A stretch of 60,443 bases of DNA from positions 1 to 60,443 of the IMG/VR virus record IMGVR_UViG_3300042453_000310. One strand, 5' to 3'. This document shows, one piece after another, positions 38,274 to 46,974 of the stretch (positions within the stretch are counted from its first letter, which is position 1; every line of letters starts with the position of its first letter). The position numbers and the translations under genes were made by a program. A model generated the notes under the pieces. The model made no database searches, had not been told where the DNA came from, and was given only the letters and a program-made list of their open reading frames with translations. Origin of the DNA: a virus (taxonomy: Duplodnaviria > Caudoviricetes).

Positions 38274-38575
38274 TTGATCCTTGGAAATTTTTTAAAATTT
38301 TTGGGGGGTGGGGTGTTTGGTTTTTAGATCGTAATTTTTGAAAATTGGAATTGCGGGTGTGGAACAGTGTTTATATAGGACTGTGACGGTGACCTCAAAT
38401 AGGGTTGGTGGGGGATGGGTGGGGTCAACGCCACGCCAAAAACGCCCCCTCAGAGAGCCGATACAGCCCCAAAATGACCCCCATACGTAACATAGAGGTA
38501 TCGGTTGGGACAAGCCTAGCCGATGTGGGGAACTTGTTCCCCGCTTTAACCAATAGTCAATTCAAGGAGAATCAA

Positions 38576-39022
38576 ATGACTAAAGCAAACGCAATCACAG
38601 TAACGTATCAACAGTTCGCTAGAGGTGTAGGTGCAACTGATCGCATCACACTAGAGGCGAGCCTTGCATGGCACAAAGAGTATCTGACTCTCGATGCAGG
38701 TAAGCAAAGCGAGTGGCGATCTGACTGGGTGCTGAACTATGTGATCGGTCGCCTAGATTGCACACAGAAGGAAGCCGAGATTATTTGTAGCAAGACTCGC
38801 ACAAAACGCACAGCCAGTCAGGAGAAGGCTGTCAATACTGGTGGTGCAAAGTTCCGTGACCACATCAGTAGGACTGGTCGCACATCGGGCAAGAAGACTG
38901 TGGTCAAGTTCACATCTGAGCAGGTGAAGGCTTGTGACAATGCCTTGGCATCTTTCCCTGCTGACACACTCAAGAAGCAAGTCGAGTTGTTGCGTGCTTA
39001 CTTGGCAACATTGCCATTGTAA
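38576..39022 (+). CDS. First early gene, hypothetical basic protein (148 aa)
   Basis: TCAAGGAGAA RBS then ATG at 38576 (MTKANAIT...). Confidence 0.75.
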   Translation: MTKANAITVTYQQFARGVGATDRITLEASLAWHKEYLTLDAGKQSEWRSDWVLNYVIGRLDCTQKEAEIICSKTRTKRTASQEKAVNTGGAKFRDHISRTGRTSGKKTVVKFTSEQVKACDNALASFPADTLKKQVELLRAYLATLPL

Positions 39023-39058
39023 ATAATCTTGGGGAACTTGTTCCCCGATTATCCAGAT

Positions 39059-39093
39059 CACCGCAAGGGCGAGTCTCTTGCGGTGTTTCTTTT
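39059..39093 (+). terminator. Rho-independent terminator / hairpin
   Basis: CACCGCAAGGG-CGAGT-CTCTTGCGGTG followed by TTTCTTTT. Confidence 0.65.
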
Positions 39094-39128
39094 CCTGTCC
39101 AATCAATAATCTCAAGGAGTCAATAATC

Positions 39129-39377
39129 ATGTACCAACTATTCAATCAGTACAGAGTCAAAGAAGTAGGCGTAGTACAAATGGGCGCAAGTAAGTATCAC
39201 CTGCAATACCATTACCCCAATGGGGGCAGCAACTACGTTGTCTATGTCTTTAGCAAGAACCTAGCTGAACGAGGGCGTGTATTCAGCACAGATGACGCCT
39301 TCTTTGACTGGCTTGAGACACAACCTAAGCAGTTAAACCTACCATTTGGGGAACAAGTTCCCCGATCTGCACTATAG
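39129..39377 (+). CDS. Hypothetical early protein (82 aa)
   Basis: AAGGAG RBS, ATG at 39129 (MYQLFNQY...); ends with QLNLPF, resembling a sliding-clamp-binding motif. Confidence 0.7.
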   Translation: MYQLFNQYRVKEVGVVQMGASKYHLQYHYPNGGSNYVVYVFSKNLAERGRVFSTDDAFFDWLETQPKQLNLPFGEQVPRSAL

Positions 39378-39411
39378 TGCGAGATTATTGAGGCAAAAAA
39401 CAAGACCCAGC

Positions 39412-39710
39412 CAAATGTCCGACACTACAACCCGTGAACTAAGTTCCGTGTAACCCCGCAAGCCGCATCCACGCTAGCGTTCCGCAAAAACTGTCCTATC
39501 TATCTATCTATTTAATATATATTTATATATATAGATGTATGTATTAGGGGGTGCTCATTCTTTTTCTTTGAGACACTTTCTTTTTTTGTTTGGCTATAGC
39601 CGTTCAGAAATAAGATAGATACATCGCACACTTTTCGTGCTAAGCTAGTACTGGTGCGGCTTCACAACCTACACGCATCTTAGTCACAGCCCTGTAGTGT
39701 TGGACATTTG
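39412..39710. repeat. ~300-bp imperfect inverted repeat around an AT-rich core (candidate replication origin)
   Basis: CAAATGTCCGACACTACA pairs with TGTAGTGTTGGACATTTG (17/18); inner matched blocks include GTGAACTAAG/CTTAGTCAC, CGTGTA/TACACG, AAGCCGCA/TGCGGCTT and TATCTATCT/AGATAGATA. Confidence 0.8.
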
Positions 39711-39741
39711 TCCGACCCTCACTTTTGGAGTAAATAATCTC

Positions 39742-40449
39742 ATGTACGAAACCTACCTCAAACTCTCAGCCAACGACCTACACAACCGCCTAACCGAGCG
39801 CAAGCTACACCCAGCCGAGATCGAAAGAATAAAAATGGAAGTCTCTGCGTTGAAAGAAACGCTACGTGTCTCACGCATCACACGCACCCAACGCAAAGCC
39901 GAATGGGACAAGGTATTAGCACCCCTGCGCTACGAGATCAACAACGCCCGTGTGGGCATGAGATACGGCGGGGAACTTGTTCCCCAGAATGAACGCAAGC
40001 TAGCGTTCAGCGAGTACATACGCATCATGGAGAAGCTGGTAGCCATGCTAGACGCCCCATACAAGGCTCTTGACCACACACCCATACAGATAGCCCGTGA
40101 CAAGGGGCTACCCAACGATGGCGAGCATTGGACTGACTGGATACCCGCACGGGTCAAGGACAAAATCTCTTTGCTGTTCGATGCCGTGCCTGTTGTACCT
40201 AGGGGCAAACGCAAGACACCCTTCCAACGCACGATGCTGCCCCACCAACATGAAACAGCCAAGGTGAGATTATTGACCAAGACAAGGAAGGAGATGGAAA
40301 CCCTCGAACGCCAAGCCACCATCAAACCAACAGACGCACGCACAGCCAAACTAGCGCAGATGCGCAAAGCCCTCAAGATTATTGACACGCTTGATAAGAA
40401 CGAAGCTGTGCCTGCCACATGGACAAAACTCAGCTTAGGGGAGGACTGA
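39742..40449 (+). CDS. Hypothetical early protein (235 aa)
   Basis: GGAG RBS, ATG at 39742; PNDGEHWTDWIP motif. Confidence 0.75.
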   Translation: MYETYLKLSANDLHNRLTERKLHPAEIERIKMEVSALKETLRVSRITRTQRKAEWDKVLAPLRYEINNARVGMRYGGELVPQNERKLAFSEYIRIMEKLVAMLDAPYKALDHTPIQIARDKGLPNDGEHWTDWIPARVKDKISLLFDAVPVVPRGKRKTPFQRTMLPHQHETAKVRLLTKTRKEMETLERQATIKPTDARTAKLAQMRKALKIIDTLDKNEAVPATWTKLSLGED

Positions 40450-40562
40450 CTACTATCATCAACTATCAACATCTTTCGGGGAACAAGTTCCCCAAGCGTT
40501 CGGCGTGTGGGCTACGCCGAGCACCATCCCGTTAGTGCCTTGTATTTTTAAGGAGAAAGCAA

Positions 40563-40856
40563 ATGACATATGAAGAACAAGCTCGTGCGTGGATACAAAA
40601 CGCACCAGAGGCGGACATCCGTATTGGGCGGTTCACGCTCAAGTTCTACTTCACAGCCAGCAGAGATTGGACTTGGTGTTGGGACTTTAAGCGCTGGCTT
40701 ACGCCAGACGAGTACAGAGGTTCGCCTGAGCATAACTACTTAGACAGAATACTTGACGGCTTAGACGTTAGTTATAACGAGATTGAGTTCATCGACTGCC
40801 TGCAAGAAGCAATGCAAGCCAAACCATTTAACCAAGGAGAAAACTATGAAATCTAA
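40563..40856 (+). CDS. Hypothetical protein
   Basis: AAGGAGAA RBS, 97 aa. Confidence 0.7.
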   Translation: MTYEEQARAWIQNAPEADIRIGRFTLKFYFTASRDWTWCWDFKRWLTPDEYRGSPEHNYLDRILDGLDVSYNEIEFIDCLQEAMQAKPFNQGENYEI

Positions 40857-41070
40857 ACACGTAACGAACGTAGAGCTTATCAACGGGCTGATGACGCACT
40901 CACAGCAGGGCGTACTAATGCAAGCGTTCATCATCGAGGCTATTGCTAAGTACGCAGAACAAACCAAAGTGTCACCGCCTTGGTCAAAGGACAACACATT
41001 CATAAGCGAGGAATCGTGGCGTGCGTGTGCTGATGAGGTAGTAGAAGCAATCAACAACAGGAGTAAGTAA
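40846..41070 (+). CDS. Hypothetical protein
   Basis: CAAGGAGAA RBS; MKSKHVTNVE...QAFIIEAIAKY. Confidence 0.7.
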   Translation: MKSKHVTNVELINGLMTHSQQGVLMQAFIIEAIAKYAEQTKVSPPWSKDNTFISEESWRACADEVVEAINNRSK

Positions 41071-41258
41071 TGAAATCATGTAGGAACTGCGCACTCTCAA
41101 CGCACACAAGCAATTGGAACGTAGGGCTTGCTTGTTTCAAAGGGCAGTTAGTTCAGCGTGTGTCTATGAGCACAGAGGAGAACCAAGCGATGGATGCACA
41201 TCTACGGACAGTAGCCGATCGTTGCGAAGATTATCAACCAGAAGGAGAAACAGTATGA
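41070..41258 (+). CDS. Small Cys-rich (Zn-binding) protein
   Basis: CRNC...C...C; TAATG coupling with the upstream gene. Confidence 0.65.
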   Translation: MKSCRNCALSTHTSNWNVGLACFKGQLVQRVSMSTEENQAMDAHLRTVADRCEDYQPEGETV

Positions 41259-41506
41259 GTACAGCTAAGTTAATTTGTATCGAGGGGTATTGGAACGATG
41301 ACAACAAACCATTCGAGCATCGTTGTTTAGTCATGCCGCAAGGGTTATCCGACTCTATGCGTGACGCTGTGCTCGACAGCCTGATAGACAGACACAACCT
41401 GTTCTATATCTTCGAGGCAGGTGAGCGCATCTTAGGTAAGCATCGTGACTTCACGATCAATTTCTTTAACCCAATAGATGAAGTGGAGGTTCCTGCGGTC
41501 TGTTGA
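41255..41506 (+). CDS. Hypothetical protein
   Basis: AAGGAGAA RBS; MSTAKLICIEGYWNDD. Confidence 0.7.
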   Translation: MSTAKLICIEGYWNDDNKPFEHRCLVMPQGLSDSMRDAVLDSLIDRHNLFYIFEAGERILGKHRDFTINFFNPIDEVEVPAVC

Positions 41507-41567
41507 GATCGTGTGTTAGTACAACGGGGAACTTGTTCCCCATTTTTTATACATCAAGGAGAAACGT

Positions 41568-43658
41568 ATGTTTCAAATAACTAGATTCGTGATGGAAGAT
41601 TTTGTTGACTCACTAGATCAGGTGATCTACATCGTGTCACTCAACAAGCGGTATATGGTGTACAACGCATCCCGTAGGCGTCTTGTCTGGTCGGATGTGC
41701 TGCACATGGATGCGGGTATTGCACCTCTCGATCTGATCACAGTAGAGAACCTATGTGCGTGGACTCGTACCTCACGCTATCGTGTCAAGGGTGAGGGTGC
41801 TTTTGCACCTCGTGCTATGACTTACAAAGAGGCTGTTGTCGAGAGCCGTGATCGCTACGATATGCATCAGATGATGCGCAGGTTGTTGACACCCACGAGC
41901 ACTGCGGATTTGCCACGGTTTGCTCGTAACCTGTTGTCTACTCGTGTCGACACAATCGTCGAGTCTTATGCCAAGAAGCATGACCCGAATGTAAACCAGT
42001 CACCGCCTGTGCCTTGCGCTAGGTTCAAGGGTTCTTGGTACTACGATCACAGCAACGACTACTTCAAGATTGCTCGCAAGCATTACTTAGACTTCGGCAG
42101 GCTCGTTGCTCGTGCCAAGGCAGGCGATGAGTCCATCACCAACGATGAGCTTCGCTCTAAGTTCTTCGAGTTGTCTGGTCGTTACAGCGAGGCCGAAAGC
42201 CATATCGATAGTGCGTTCACTGTGATTGATGCGATGGGTGACATGAACATTACGCACTGCGACTGCGGTCACTATGAGGACAGCGACAACACACACAGCG
42301 TGCGTAACGATACATGGTGCGACTCGTGCTACGACGATAACGCTGTGTATGTCGAGGATCAAGACGAGTACTGGCCTCGTGACGATGCGTACTACAGCGA
42401 GAGTGATGACTTGTACTACTCGTATGAGCGTACCGATGACGATGACGATGACGACGACGATGACGACAGCGATCAGCCAATCATGTCGTACTCTACCAAT
42501 GTGCTTCGTGTTCTTGACTACCCCTCTGGCATCACGTCTTCTCACTTCGGTGAGTTCACGATGGGCATCGAGCTTGAGATGACGTCTGGCGATCACGATA
42601 CCAACGAGTCTGCTGAGTCTGTGCGTAGCCGTTTAGGTAACGCCTACTGCATCATCAAGAGTGACGGCTCGCTTCCACACAATGGCTTCGAAGTCGTGAC
42701 TTCACCGCAAGGTCTTGCGCTTCACATCGACAAGTTCAAGAACTGGATTATCGACCCAGCCTATCGTGCATGGAACACAGGCAAGTGCGGTATGCATGTA
42801 CACATTGACTCTCGTGCCTTCACGCAGTTGACGCTCGGTAAGTTCTTGATGTTCATCAATAGCTCTGGCAACGTTGACTTCATTCGCAAGATTGCAGGTC
42901 GTCACCCATCTGTCGATGACCAAGCCCGTAGCTACTGTGCAGCAGAGCATCAGTCTATCCTTACCAACCCCAAGAAGGCGGTCAAGGGTAAGTCTGGTGA
43001 GCGCTATCGCATGGTCAATATGTGCAACCTTGGTGGTCGTGAGGCACAGCGTCTTGGTCTTAGCATGGACAACAGCTACAACGGCAAGTACAACACTGTC
43101 GAGCTTCGCATCTTCCGTGCTTCGCTCAAGAAGGAACGTCTGCTTGCACAGATCGAGTTCACTCATGCGTCTGTCATGTTCTGTCGTGTCGCATCGTGGC
43201 GTGATCTCAACGGCACATCGTTCGTCAAGTGGCTCAAGACTGTGGCGGGTCAGTACCCTGCGCTGACTAAGTGGTATGGCGTACGCAATGTACACACATC
43301 CACACCGACAGTCATAGCGCCAGCGATGGACACTTGCACTGACGCTGTGCCTCCTGCGCCTTGGCAACCTGCGGATACGGAGGATAGGCATGACAGAGAC
43401 TACCCAGTGCACATACCCTACGACAACGAGGCCGAGACGTTGAGAACGTGGGTCAATCGTCACAGTCTGTACTTCCGCTTCGCTACATACGCAGGCTCTG
43501 AGTATGTGTACTTCCCATACGGGGGCGACTTAGAAACCATCAGCAGTAGCGATGTTGTCTATATGCGTATCGGTCAACTGTGGGTTCTTATGAACGAGGA
43601 GTTTGCTGCTTCGCTTGCGCAGTCTTCATACAGAGTGTCTGAAGTACAGCCTGTTTAA
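41568..43658 (+). CDS. Putative amidoligase (COOH-NH2 ligase, Amidoligase_2-like) with N-terminal extension, Cys-rich metal-binding segment and poly-Asp linker
   Basis: MGIELEM, KSDGSL..GFEVVTSP, CGMHVHI, RYRMVN and TVELRIFR motifs of the glutamine-synthetase-fold ligases. Confidence 0.85.
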   Translation: MFQITRFVMEDFVDSLDQVIYIVSLNKRYMVYNASRRRLVWSDVLHMDAGIAPLDLITVENLCAWTRTSRYRVKGEGAFAPRAMTYKEAVVESRDRYDMHQMMRRLLTPTSTADLPRFARNLLSTRVDTIVESYAKKHDPNVNQSPPVPCARFKGSWYYDHSNDYFKIARKHYLDFGRLVARAKAGDESITNDELRSKFFELSGRYSEAESHIDSAFTVIDAMGDMNITHCDCGHYEDSDNTHSVRNDTWCDSCYDDNAVYVEDQDEYWPRDDAYYSESDDLYYSYERTDDDDDDDDDDDSDQPIMSYSTNVLRVLDYPSGITSSHFGEFTMGIELEMTSGDHDTNESAESVRSRLGNAYCIIKSDGSLPHNGFEVVTSPQGLALHIDKFKNWIIDPAYRAWNTGKCGMHVHIDSRAFTQLTLGKFLMFINSSGNVDFIRKIAGRHPSVDDQARSYCAAEHQSILTNPKKAVKGKSGERYRMVNMCNLGGREAQRLGLSMDNSYNGKYNTVELRIFRASLKKERLLAQIEFTHASVMFCRVASWRDLNGTSFVKWLKTVAGQYPALTKWYGVRNVHTSTPTVIAPAMDTCTDAVPPAPWQPADTEDRHDRDYPVHIPYDNEAETLRTWVNRHSLYFRFATYAGSEYVYFPYGGDLETISSSDVVYMRIGQLWVLMNEEFAASLAQSSYRVSEVQPV

Positions 43659-43717
43659 TTCATCAACAACCAAACGGGGAGCTTGCTCCCCATTCTTTTA
43701 CATCAAGGAAATTTATT

Positions 43718-44824
43718 ATGTGTCTTATTATTACTGGTCAGTCTGCCAAAGTTCGTTCAACCTTGCTCAATACACACGGGCTACTGAGCGACATCTTTAC
43801 AGCCAATCCTGACGGCATTGGCTTTATGTATGGTTCAGCCAAGGGACTCAAGGTCACCAAGACTTTACCCAAGAACATTGGCGATGCTACTGCATTCATT
43901 CAGCGCCTACCGCAAGACGATCGTGAGATTGCCATTCACTTCCGCTGGACTACACACGGCAAGACCGACATGCTCAACTGCCATCCCTATGATGTGATTC
44001 CTGGCTTCATCGCCATGATGCACAACGGCGTACTGCATACAGGCAATGCTGCTGACAAGACCAAGTCAGATACATGGCACTTCATCAAGGACTACTTGCA
44101 TACCGCTGTGTCGTCTGCACCTGACCTTGTGTATGACACGGGCTTCGTGTCTATGATGGAGGAGTTCATCGGCAACAATCGCTTCGTGTTCATGAATGGC
44201 GAGGGTCGTATGCAACACGTCAACTTCGAGCAGGGTATCGAGCACGACGATATGTGGTTTAGCAATACCTATGCTTGGACTCCATCACGCCTGATCCCTA
44301 GCTACAAGAGTGCGACACTCAAGTCATACAAGTACGCCAGCGCCTATGGTAGCTACATGGATGACGAGTACGACGAGATGTATGACTACAACGCAAGCTT
44401 TGGCATCTATCCCCGCAGTGTCAGCGCACACAGCGCCAACTATGACGAGACAGCGTTTGACTTTCCCGATGACGAAGATGGTTTCATTCGCCCTGAGCTT
44501 GATGATCTTGCTACTGCGCTTACTGAGGCAGACGTAGAGACGATGGAGATATGGCTTGACCAGATGCCTGCTTACACGTTGACTACTGTACTGCACCTGC
44601 TCGCACCCGAGCCACTTAGTTACACACATCGTGATGACTTGTGCTTTGCCGAGCAGGGTATCTACGATATGTTTATAGAGGGCGATGCGTCTGGTCTTAT
44701 CAGCACGGCGACCAAGTCGTCTGGTGCAGTCAGCCTAATTGCCGAGGTCATGTGTTACTACCTGCAATGGGATGTACGCAAGCCTGTATCGTTCAAGTCA
44801 ACATTGCCTGCACTGTTGACCTGA
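43718..44824 (+). CDS. Class II (Ntn) glutamine amidotransferase
   Basis: Cys2 nucleophile (MCLII), NPDGIG, HFRWTTHG, NCHPY, HNGVL, SDT. Confidence 0.9.
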   Translation: MCLIITGQSAKVRSTLLNTHGLLSDIFTANPDGIGFMYGSAKGLKVTKTLPKNIGDATAFIQRLPQDDREIAIHFRWTTHGKTDMLNCHPYDVIPGFIAMMHNGVLHTGNAADKTKSDTWHFIKDYLHTAVSSAPDLVYDTGFVSMMEEFIGNNRFVFMNGEGRMQHVNFEQGIEHDDMWFSNTYAWTPSRLIPSYKSATLKSYKYASAYGSYMDDEYDEMYDYNASFGIYPRSVSAHSANYDETAFDFPDDEDGFIRPELDDLATALTEADVETMEIWLDQMPAYTLTTVLHLLAPEPLSYTHRDDLCFAEQGIYDMFIEGDASGLISTATKSSGAVSLIAEVMCYYLQWDVRKPVSFKSTLPALLT

Positions 44825-44830
44825 TGTGTA

Positions 44831-44856
44831 GCGGGGGTAACACCCCCGCATTTTTA
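44831..44856 (+). terminator. Hairpin / terminator after the GATase gene
   Basis: GCGGGGGT-AAC-ACCCCCGC followed by ATTTTT. Confidence 0.55.
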
Positions 44857-44874
44857 AACCAAAGGAGAGAGAAG

Positions 44875-45177
44875 ATGAAGTACAGAGTACAAGTAGTTAT
44901 GTCCTACTGGCAGACAGTAGAGGTCGAAGCCGACAGCAGTGCCGATGCTGCAAGCAAGGCGTTCGATGAGTTTGACATTACCAAAGCCCGTGTCGGGGAA
45001 GGTCAGACATACGACACCGAGTTGATTGACAAAGTGCAATACGTAGTTAGAAACCACAACCACACAGTACTTGGTGTGTTTGACAACGAGCATGACGCTG
45101 AGAAAGATGCCAAAGAGTATCGAGATCAAACAGGCAATCCTGCCTATGTAGACAAGGAGCACGAAGATGACGCCTAA
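44875..45177 (+). CDS. Hypothetical protein (DpnD/PcfM-like N-terminus)
   Basis: AAGGAG RBS; MKYRVQV...TVEVEADS..DA..KA. Confidence 0.65.
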   Translation: MKYRVQVVMSYWQTVEVEADSSADAASKAFDEFDITKARVGEGQTYDTELIDKVQYVVRNHNHTVLGVFDNEHDAEKDAKEYRDQTGNPAYVDKEHEDDA

Positions 45178-45964
45178 CATAATGAAGGTGGTCAAAGAGG
45201 ACGTTTATACCGAAGGCGATCCAATGGACTACACATGGGTTGATCTTGGGAATTTTGATTCCATGATAGACGCTAAATTCGATAAGGTTATGGATGCTAT
45301 ACCTGATTTGTTTACCTCTGACCCCGCTGATCTGATGCTACCCTTTGAGCAGATGGGCATAGTTCGGCAACCAACCACGGCTGTTCATCCGCTCGGCATA
45401 ACTATTGAGCGCAATGTCGGTGAATTGATTGTTCGCTTGCGTGGCAGGAGCGGCGACGCAGGGGCGATACGCAGTACAGGAAAAGAGCAGTTTGTTTCCA
45501 TGCCCCCAAACGAGACAGCCGAAAGCTATATACAAGCCTTGAGAGACAGAGGGATGGCGCCTTCCGACGAAGGGCTTACTCCCGAGCGTTATGTGTTTCA
45601 AATATGGAGTTCAATGGTCAGCCATCTTTATGCCGAGTACATGCGTAAGGCTATGGATATGCACGAGAGAACCCGTGTGTACAAACCCATCGCATCGCCA
45701 TCCAACAGTAAGCGTATCCGCAAAGGCAAGCACCCCTTGTTCGAGTGGAAAGTTATCGACGTGACTGCTAGACCTGAAGACCACGACATCGTGGCGACAG
45801 GCAATGGGCGTAACAGCCCACGACAACACAAGAGACGCGGACATTTCAGGCAGTACAAGGATGGACGCAGAACTTGGATACCCGAAGCCCTAGTGGGCAA
45901 GATTGAGTTTGGCTATATTTATCACAGCTACACAGTTACACAAACAAAGGAGAAACAACAATGA
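45167..45964 (+). CDS. Hypothetical protein with SPRxHxRRGHxR basic motif
   Basis: 265 aa, AAGGAG RBS; C-terminal SPRQHKRRGHFR...WI...VG motif common in phage early proteins. Confidence 0.75.
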   Translation: MTPNIMKVVKEDVYTEGDPMDYTWVDLGNFDSMIDAKFDKVMDAIPDLFTSDPADLMLPFEQMGIVRQPTTAVHPLGITIERNVGELIVRLRGRSGDAGAIRSTGKEQFVSMPPNETAESYIQALRDRGMAPSDEGLTPERYVFQIWSSMVSHLYAEYMRKAMDMHERTRVYKPIASPSNSKRIRKGKHPLFEWKVIDVTARPEDHDIVATGNGRNSPRQHKRRGHFRQYKDGRRTWIPEALVGKIEFGYIYHSYTVTQTKEKQQ

Positions 45965-46053
45965 TGACACGCTGGGAGAAATTCGAAAGAGTAGTACTTT
46001 TGTTATCGGTGATTGTACTAATACTGGATCTTTTATACTGGAGACCCTATTGA
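45961..46053 (+). CDS. Small TM protein (30 aa, not in ORF track)
   Basis: AAGGAGAA RBS; MMTRWEKFERVVLLLSVIVLILDLLYWRPY. Confidence 0.65.
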   Translation: MMTRWEKFERVVLLLSVIVLILDLLYWRPY

Positions 46054-46079
46054 CTTCTGTCTACTCTTGGACAAATAAT
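46050..46079 (+). promoter_or_regulatory. Sigma70-like promoter with operator palindrome in the spacer
   Basis: TTGACT-18 nt-AATAAT; TGTCTA-CTCT-TGGACA at 46058-46073. Confidence 0.6.
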
Positions 46080-46099
46080 ATTCACTCAAGGAGAAAATA

Positions 46100-46318
46100 T
46101 TGAACCACCCACCCTACAACACGGGTAAAGTCAAGATCGGCCTGACCTATACCCCACCACCCCCTGAATGTACGCCTGAGTCCGAATGGATACAAGGCGT
46201 ACTGCTTGGCGACAAGCAGGGTATGTCCGAGCTTACGCTCGCAACAGTACAGTCCATTGGGCTTATTGCTTTCATCGTTATCGTCATGCTTATAACAGGA
46301 GGAACCTCAAATGCCTGA
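46100..46318 (+). CDS. Small membrane protein
   Basis: TCAAGGAGAA RBS, TTG start; PYNTGKVKIG motif; C-terminal TM helix. Confidence 0.7.
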   Translation: MNHPPYNTGKVKIGLTYTPPPPECTPESEWIQGVLLGDKQGMSELTLATVQSIGLIAFIVIVMLITGGTSNA

Positions 46319-46973
46319 CATTCAAACTGCCCTTAAAAACGCACTAACCCGCACCTTACAGGAGTGGGATGACGACGGGGAACAAGTTCCCCCTCCTCCT
46401 ACTGTCAACACTACTATCAACAACTCTTTATCTACACCTTCTCAAGGAATTCCCATGGCCAAGAAAACTTTCAACGTCACCAACAATGTGTCACGCGTGA
46501 CCTTCGACTACATCAAGAACAACCCCGGCTCCACACGCAAGGAGATCATTCAAGACCTTGAGCACGAAGGGTTTGGGGGCGGCTCAGTCTCTAGCCTTAT
46601 TGCGCAGATGCGCCGTAACAAAATGGTTCACGAAACCAACGGCCTGCACTACGCAGACATTGACGAGTACCGCCCGATCAAAACACTTAAAGCTATGAAC
46701 AAAGATAAAGACGCCACACCCAAGCGCAAGTACGAAAAGAAAGCCGTGACAGGCATCGGTGCGTTGCTACGCGAGAAGCTGGAGGCTGAGCCTAGCCAAG
46801 CTGCATTGGATGCCTCCGCTGCTTTTTCCATGGGCGGGACTGTTGAAACAGACAGACGCGCATTTCTCACAAAGCTTGTGCGTAATAAAACACCGCAGGA
46901 TATTTTGTCAGATATGACTGTGTATCAGGCGCACGAGTTGTATGTACACTTGAAGCAAATGTTTGGAGGTTGA
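46311..46973 (+). CDS. Winged-helix-like DNA-binding protein
   Basis: TFDYIKNNPGSTRKEI...SVSSLIAQM..NKMV wHTH pattern. Confidence 0.65.
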   Translation: MPDIQTALKNALTRTLQEWDDDGEQVPPPPTVNTTINNSLSTPSQGIPMAKKTFNVTNNVSRVTFDYIKNNPGSTRKEIIQDLEHEGFGGGSVSSLIAQMRRNKMVHETNGLHYADIDEYRPIKTLKAMNKDKDATPKRKYEKKAVTGIGALLREKLEAEPSQAALDASAAFSMGGTVETDRRAFLTKLVRNKTPQDILSDMTVYQAHELYVHLKQMFGG

Positions 46974-46974
46974 T

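Larger units (their letters stand above)
38527..46392. repeat. Dispersed 16-bp palindrome GGGGAAC(TT/AA)GTTCCCC, 7 exact copies + 1 covariant copy
   Basis: Copies start at 38527, 39031, 39348, 39970, 40478, 41526 and 46377; variant GGGGAGCTTGCTCCCC at 43676. Confidence 0.95.

Noticed and set aside
38405-38575. Upstream extensions of track ORFs (38405, 39078, 39697, 44641, 38274 and similar)
   Set aside because: They run through non-coding regulatory DNA; downstream ATGs with clear RBSs are better starts.
40499-40522. Intergenic hairpins as tRNA genes
   Set aside because: Single stems only; no cloverleaf or T-loop/D-loop consensus found anywhere by eye.
42435-42467. GAY trinucleotide run as a contingency (phase-variable) locus
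   Set aside because: An in-frame mixed GAT/GAC run encoding an acidic linker; slippage would change only linker length.
42087-43463. Long minus-strand ORFs opposite the amidoligase
   Set aside because: Antisense shadows caused by codon bias of the well-supported plus-strand gene.
38527-46392. GTTCCCC/GGGGAAC repeats as a CRISPR array or type I-E repeat mimic
   Set aside because: Only a 7-nt resemblance to I-E repeat ends, irregular spacing of 300-2700 bp, mixed orientation, no spacer periodicity and no cas operon.
46950-46973. C-terminal GG of the wHTH protein as a ubiquitin/Pup-like tag for the amidoligase
   Set aside because: A single occurrence, no beta-grasp or Pup-like features and no E1/E2-like genes; chance is sufficient.
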